This document shows, one piece after another, positions 62,064-64,000 of a stretch of 64,000 bases of DNA (its first letter is position 1; each line of letters starts with the position of its first letter). The notes under the pieces are model-generated. The model saw only the letters and a program-made list of their open reading frames with translations, did no database searches and was not told where the DNA came from. The position numbers and the translations under genes were made by a program. This stretch comes from Scyliorhinus canicula (taxonomy: Eukaryota), in assembly GCF_902713615.1 (NCBI RefSeq), contig NC_052166.1, positions 1,922,001-1,986,000 on the forward strand, written 5' to 3'.

Positions 62064-62462
62064 TGATGTGCAGGTAGTTGTATAGAGTCAGTAGTGTAGT
62101 GATCTCTATGTGCATGTACATAAGGGGTTAATGTGTAATCAGTAGCACCAGATGATCACGAGAGGGCTGGGCCAACAGGGGTATAAAAGCAACCACATTG
62201 TGCCTCTCTCTCTCTCTTTCTTTCGGATGTACTGTGACCAGTGCAGGAGTGTATAAGATTAGCTCAGATGGTTAGTGTAGATAAGCATAGTTACTGTATT
62301 AAGATCTAGTTAACCTTATCACTAGTATCAATGTTAAAGTAAAGAACTCATGCAATTATTGTTATAGTTACCCAATAAATCTTTTGTTACTACTGGATGA
62401 GTTCGAGTCTTCTTCATCGAGATTCAGAAGACCTCATCAGCAACCAAGGTTTGAGTAACACA
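62064..62462 (+). mobile_element. Probable solo LTR
   Basis: TG start, GGGTATAAAAGC, AATAAA, CA end; TSD not found. Confidence 0.55.
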
Positions 62463-62575
62463 TATACTCTGTAGTATATCAAAATATAATAAGAAGCGTA
62501 ATAAAAGAAGTAGAAATGGGGAACTCAGAATTTGGGACCCCCCCCCCCCCCCCCCCCCACAACGCATGGTGATTT

Positions 62576-63948
62576 AAAAATATATATTTTTATTGGACAT
62601 TTTTCACATTTTTCATACATACGATAAATACAAAAATACAAAAGCCAAACCTCAGCAACAGGTAACAAAACTAACAACCCACCTTCCCCGTCCCCTCCTC
62701 CACCCTCCAACCCTCAATGCCCCTATCACCCCAAGCCTACCTTTCTTTTTCTTCCCCCCCCCAACCCCCCAAACAAAACAAAACTACCATAAACACCACA
62801 GGAAATTGTGCAAGCCTGGAGAGCCGTTTCAATTCACGTTGAAGAAGTCAATAAACAGCTTTCACCTCAGGGTGACCCCTTTTTCACTTCAAGTATGGCG
62901 AATTTAACTATTTCCAGGTGCAGAAATTCAGCCAGGTCACTCACCCACATCCTCACCTTTGGCGGCTCAATGTCCCGCCAACTCAACAAATTCCGTCTCC
63001 GCGCTATCACGGAGGCAAAGGCCAAAACATTGGCTTCTCTTCCGACACTCCGAATATCGCCACCTCTGGACTCAGAGCCAACCCTACTCCCAGAATTTTG
63101 ACACTACATCTAAAAACCCCTTCCAAAACCCCCTCAACCTCGGACACATCCAAAACATATGCACGTGATTCTTTGGACCCCTTACACACTGCCCACACCT
63201 ATTCTCCACCCCTAAAAGAAGCCATTCATCCTCGAGACCGTCATGTGGGCTCTGTGCACCACCTTAGATTGGATGAGACTTTAACTTCACACATGACGAG
63301 GAAGCAATTACCCTCCACAGGGTTTCCCACTTCATGGCCCACAAGTCCACCCCCAACTCTTCCACTTGCTACTGACCACAGGAGCACTCTCCCTACCCAT
63401 CAGCTCTTCATGTATATCCGCCACTTTCCCCTCCCCGATGTCATCCTCGGACAATAGCAACCGAGATGGAAGCTCCGGAAAGTACGGCGCCTCTTTTCTA
63501 CCAAAGTCTCTCACCTGCAGTTACCTAAACCTTTCTCCCTTAAGCAACTGATACATCTCCTCAAGCTTCTCCAGGCCTGCAAAATTTCCTCCCACAAACA
63601 AATCTCTGAAGTACTTTATCCCCACCTCCAGCCACCTTCAGAACCTGACATCTAGCCCCGCCAGTGCAAACCTATACTTGTCACATATCGATGCCACAGA
63701 GATTTGCCTTCCAGTCTGAAGTGTTGCCTCCACTGGTTCCAAACCCTCAAAACTGATACCACCAACGGGCTCACGGAGTATCGGACTGGCGAGAATGGAC
63801 AAGGCACCAACAACAGTGCCCTCAAACTGTTCCCCCTGCATAACACTGCCTCCACCTGCCCCCAGACCCACCCCTCCTCCACTGCCCATTTCCTAAATAT
63901 TGCGATGTTTGCTGCCCCGAAGTAATTCAACAGGCTCGGCAAGGCGCA
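62576..63948 (-). mobile_element. L1-clade LINE 3' part (ORF2 C-terminus plus G-rich 3' UTR)
   Basis: LPSLLNYFGAANI...WNQWRQHF; RAYVLDVSEVEGVL (HMFW region); minus-strand AATAAA near 62590. Confidence 0.82.
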
Positions 63949-64000
63949 GGGTGTAGTTTTAACAGCATAATGTGTGTCTGGTGTGCTGAACTGGTTCCTA

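Overview
Repeat-saturated vertebrate genomic DNA, almost certainly from an elasmobranch (shark). This assignment is inferred from abundant HE1/V-SINE-type SINEs, shark-type CR1 LINEs and a 69-bp minisatellite. The large majority of the window is nested transposable elements. Left block: a 13.4-kb endogenous retrovirus (526-13944, minus) sits inside a CR1 LINE, which probably sits in the 3' LTR of a Mag-like Gypsy element (16483-20655). The ERV has 1.2-1.3 kb LTRs, a tRNA-Ser PBS, a class III/spuma-like RT, a compact gamma-type env and a ~1000-aa Gag containing about six tandem coiled-coil repeats. Middle block: one full-length CR1 (26858-56534, 24-bp TSD) has been stretched to ~29.7 kb by nested insertions. 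These include a second CR1 carrying a near-intact 6-kb L1 with a 19-bp TSD, an older L1 carrying a Penelope element with a hammerhead ribozyme, a solo LTR, an internally deleted Gypsy element and more CR1s and SINEs. Right block: a 69-bp satellite with an orientation switch, a hAT MITE, SINEs, a probable solo LTR, an L1 3' end and a few candidate host exons. No host gene could be named. All retroelement ORFs are frameshifted or stop-interrupted to some degree, and some homopolymer frameshifts may be assembly errors. All coordinates were read by eye and may be off by a few bases.
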